A stretch of 64,000 nt of DNA from an uncultured Acidobacteriaceae bacterium (GTDB lineage: Bacteria > Acidobacteriota > Terriglobia > Terriglobales > Acidobacteriaceae), in the NCBI GenBank assembly GCA_937879855.1, contig CALFMO010000063.1:13996-77995 (forward strand), given 5' to 3'. The notes below the pieces were generated by a model that ran no database searches, was not told where the DNA came from, and saw only the letters and a list, made by a program, of their open reading frames with translations. Of the stretch, positions 63,146-64,000 are shown piece after piece (position 1 is the stretch's first letter; each line of letters opens with the position of its first letter). The translations under genes and the position numbers were made by a program.

Positions 63146-64000
63146 ATGGAAAAGACTGCCGCCTTCGAGACGAAAGGAAATACCCACTTGCGATTGCTTG
63201 GAGGCGACCTGAGGAAGCTAACTCGGTTCGTCGTCCTGGTCTCGGCCGCTTTGCTCGCTGCGGAGTTCTTGCAGGTGTTGTCAGCCCAAGAGAAAACCAT
63301 CACTAACCCCGGAGCCGGAAACCTGGCAGCGATTAAAGAGGGCGCGTCGCTTTTTCGCGCCAACTGCTCGCCGTGCCACGGACTACACGCGACAGGAGGC
63401 GGCAGGGGGCCAGATCTAAGCGCGAATCGCTGGACACACGGAGCGACTGACGCTGATATTTTTCGCACCATTACCCAAGGGGTCCCGGGAACCGAGATGC
63501 CGGCCAATGGGTTTGAAGATTCGGAGGTCTGGGCAATCATCGCCTATCTTCGTTCTCTTGTTCCTCCGAGGCAGACTCTCAGCGGCGACATTGCGAAGGG
63601 CGAAAAGAGCTTCTCCAGTATCGGATGTCCGCAATGCCACATGATAAAGGGACGGGGCGGCTTGCTCGGTCCTGATTTGTCACGGGTTGGCGCATCACGC
63701 TCGGCCGCCTATCTGATGGATTCCATTCGCGACCCCAGCAAGGATCTGAGCGACGGCATGCTCGACCCCAATAATCATTGGGGCCTTCCGCTCGTTTATG
63801 ACACCGTAACTGTCGTGACCACGGGGGGCAAGAAGATAACCGGTGTTGCCAAAAACGAGGATACGTTCTCTGTCCAGTTGCTCGATACCGACCAGAATTT
63901 GCAGTTTTTCGACAAGAAGGACCTCCGTCAAGTGATTCACGAACGGAAGTCCTTAATGCCGGTGTATTCCGAGCAGGTGCTGAGCACGGATGCATTGCGC
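63146..64000 (+). CDS. diheme c-type cytochrome domain protein, 5' part (runs off the window end)
   Basis: This ORF is not in the supplied track. I translated it by hand from ATG 63146 to 64000 (285 codons, no stop). It carries two CxxCH motifs (CSPCH, CPQCH) and a signal/anchor segment (FVVLVSAALLAAEFL). It is homologous to the decayed gene at 18347..19320. The ATG lies only 15 nt after the -10 box, so either the leader is very short or the start is downstream (TTG at 63188). Confidence 0.75.
   Translation, partial: MEKTAAFETKGNTHLRLLGGDLRKLTRFVVLVSAALLAAEFLQVLSAQEKTITNPGAGNLAAIKEGASLFRANCSPCHGLHATGGGRGPDLSANRWTHGATDADIFRTITQGVPGTEMPANGFEDSEVWAIIAYLRSLVPPRQTLSGDIAKGEKSFSSIGCPQCHMIKGRGGLLGPDLSRVGASRSAAYLMDSIRDPSKDLSDGMLDPNNHWGLPLVYDTVTVVTTGGKKITGVAKNEDTFSVQLLDTDQNLQFFDKKDLRQVIHERKSLMPVYSEQVLSTDALR

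Noticed and set aside
1-64000. Search for rRNA, tRNA, CRISPR arrays and intact insertion sequences
   Set aside because: I saw no T-loop/acceptor-type tRNA signatures in the ORF-free regions, no rRNA-like segments, no regularly spaced direct repeats, and no intact transposase or integrase ORF. This was a visual scan only, and tRNAscan-SE, Infernal and a CRISPR finder would be needed to be definitive.

Overview
This is a 64-kb chromosomal segment that is gene-dense on both strands. I support about 45 intact CDS. I found no rRNA, tRNA or CRISPR array and no intact mobile element. The gene content points to an Acidobacteriota (Terriglobia-like) soil bacterium, but this is an inference from family content only. 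The pointers are a ~1090-aa TonB-dependent receptor with an N-terminal CarboxypepD_reg-like domain, an adjacent TPR plus CRTAC1/ASPIC-UnbV pair, and many Tat-signal hydrolases. The main functional blocks are as follows. (1) 0.2-7.3 kb holds a PAS-GAF-PAS sensor, a GH13 enzyme and membrane proteins. (2) 7.3-10.6 kb is a lower-GC stretch with an ORF-free ~950 bp, an orphan secreted protein and possible mobile-element relics. (3) 10.6-18.2 kb is a glycan cluster with a Tat-exported GH94-like protein, an aldose-epimerase-like protein, a putative glycosidase, a LarA-N-like protein and a class II aldolase. (4) 20-30 kb holds PhyH, an APC permease, a GH39-like protein, a CocE/NonD hydrolase, and CRTAC1 plus TPR. 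(5) 30.8-36.4 kb holds the TonB receptor and a large alpha/beta hydrolase. (6) 36.8-43.8 kb is a sugar-acid divergon: GH39-like, MFS and lactonase face SDR, a glucarate-dehydratase-like enzyme and a decayed IclR. (7) 43.9-59.6 kb holds threonine aldolase, an orphan E1 alpha/beta pair, a hybrid regulator, and a heterotetrameric sarcosine-oxidase-like operon in a non-canonical order flanked by CocE/NonD paralogs. (8) 59.7-64 kb holds two DUF4440 paralogs, ilvE and rhaM relics, a FAH-family gene and a partial diheme cytochrome c. The most interesting signal I see is not a gene. It is a recurrent GAAAC/GTTTC half-site element present in at least seven intergenic regions, at fixed positions relative to sigma70-like promoters. 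The second theme is an unusually high load of decayed genes, at least six, many interrupted by in-frame TAA or TAG codons. All family assignments come from motif recognition by eye, and no database search was run.
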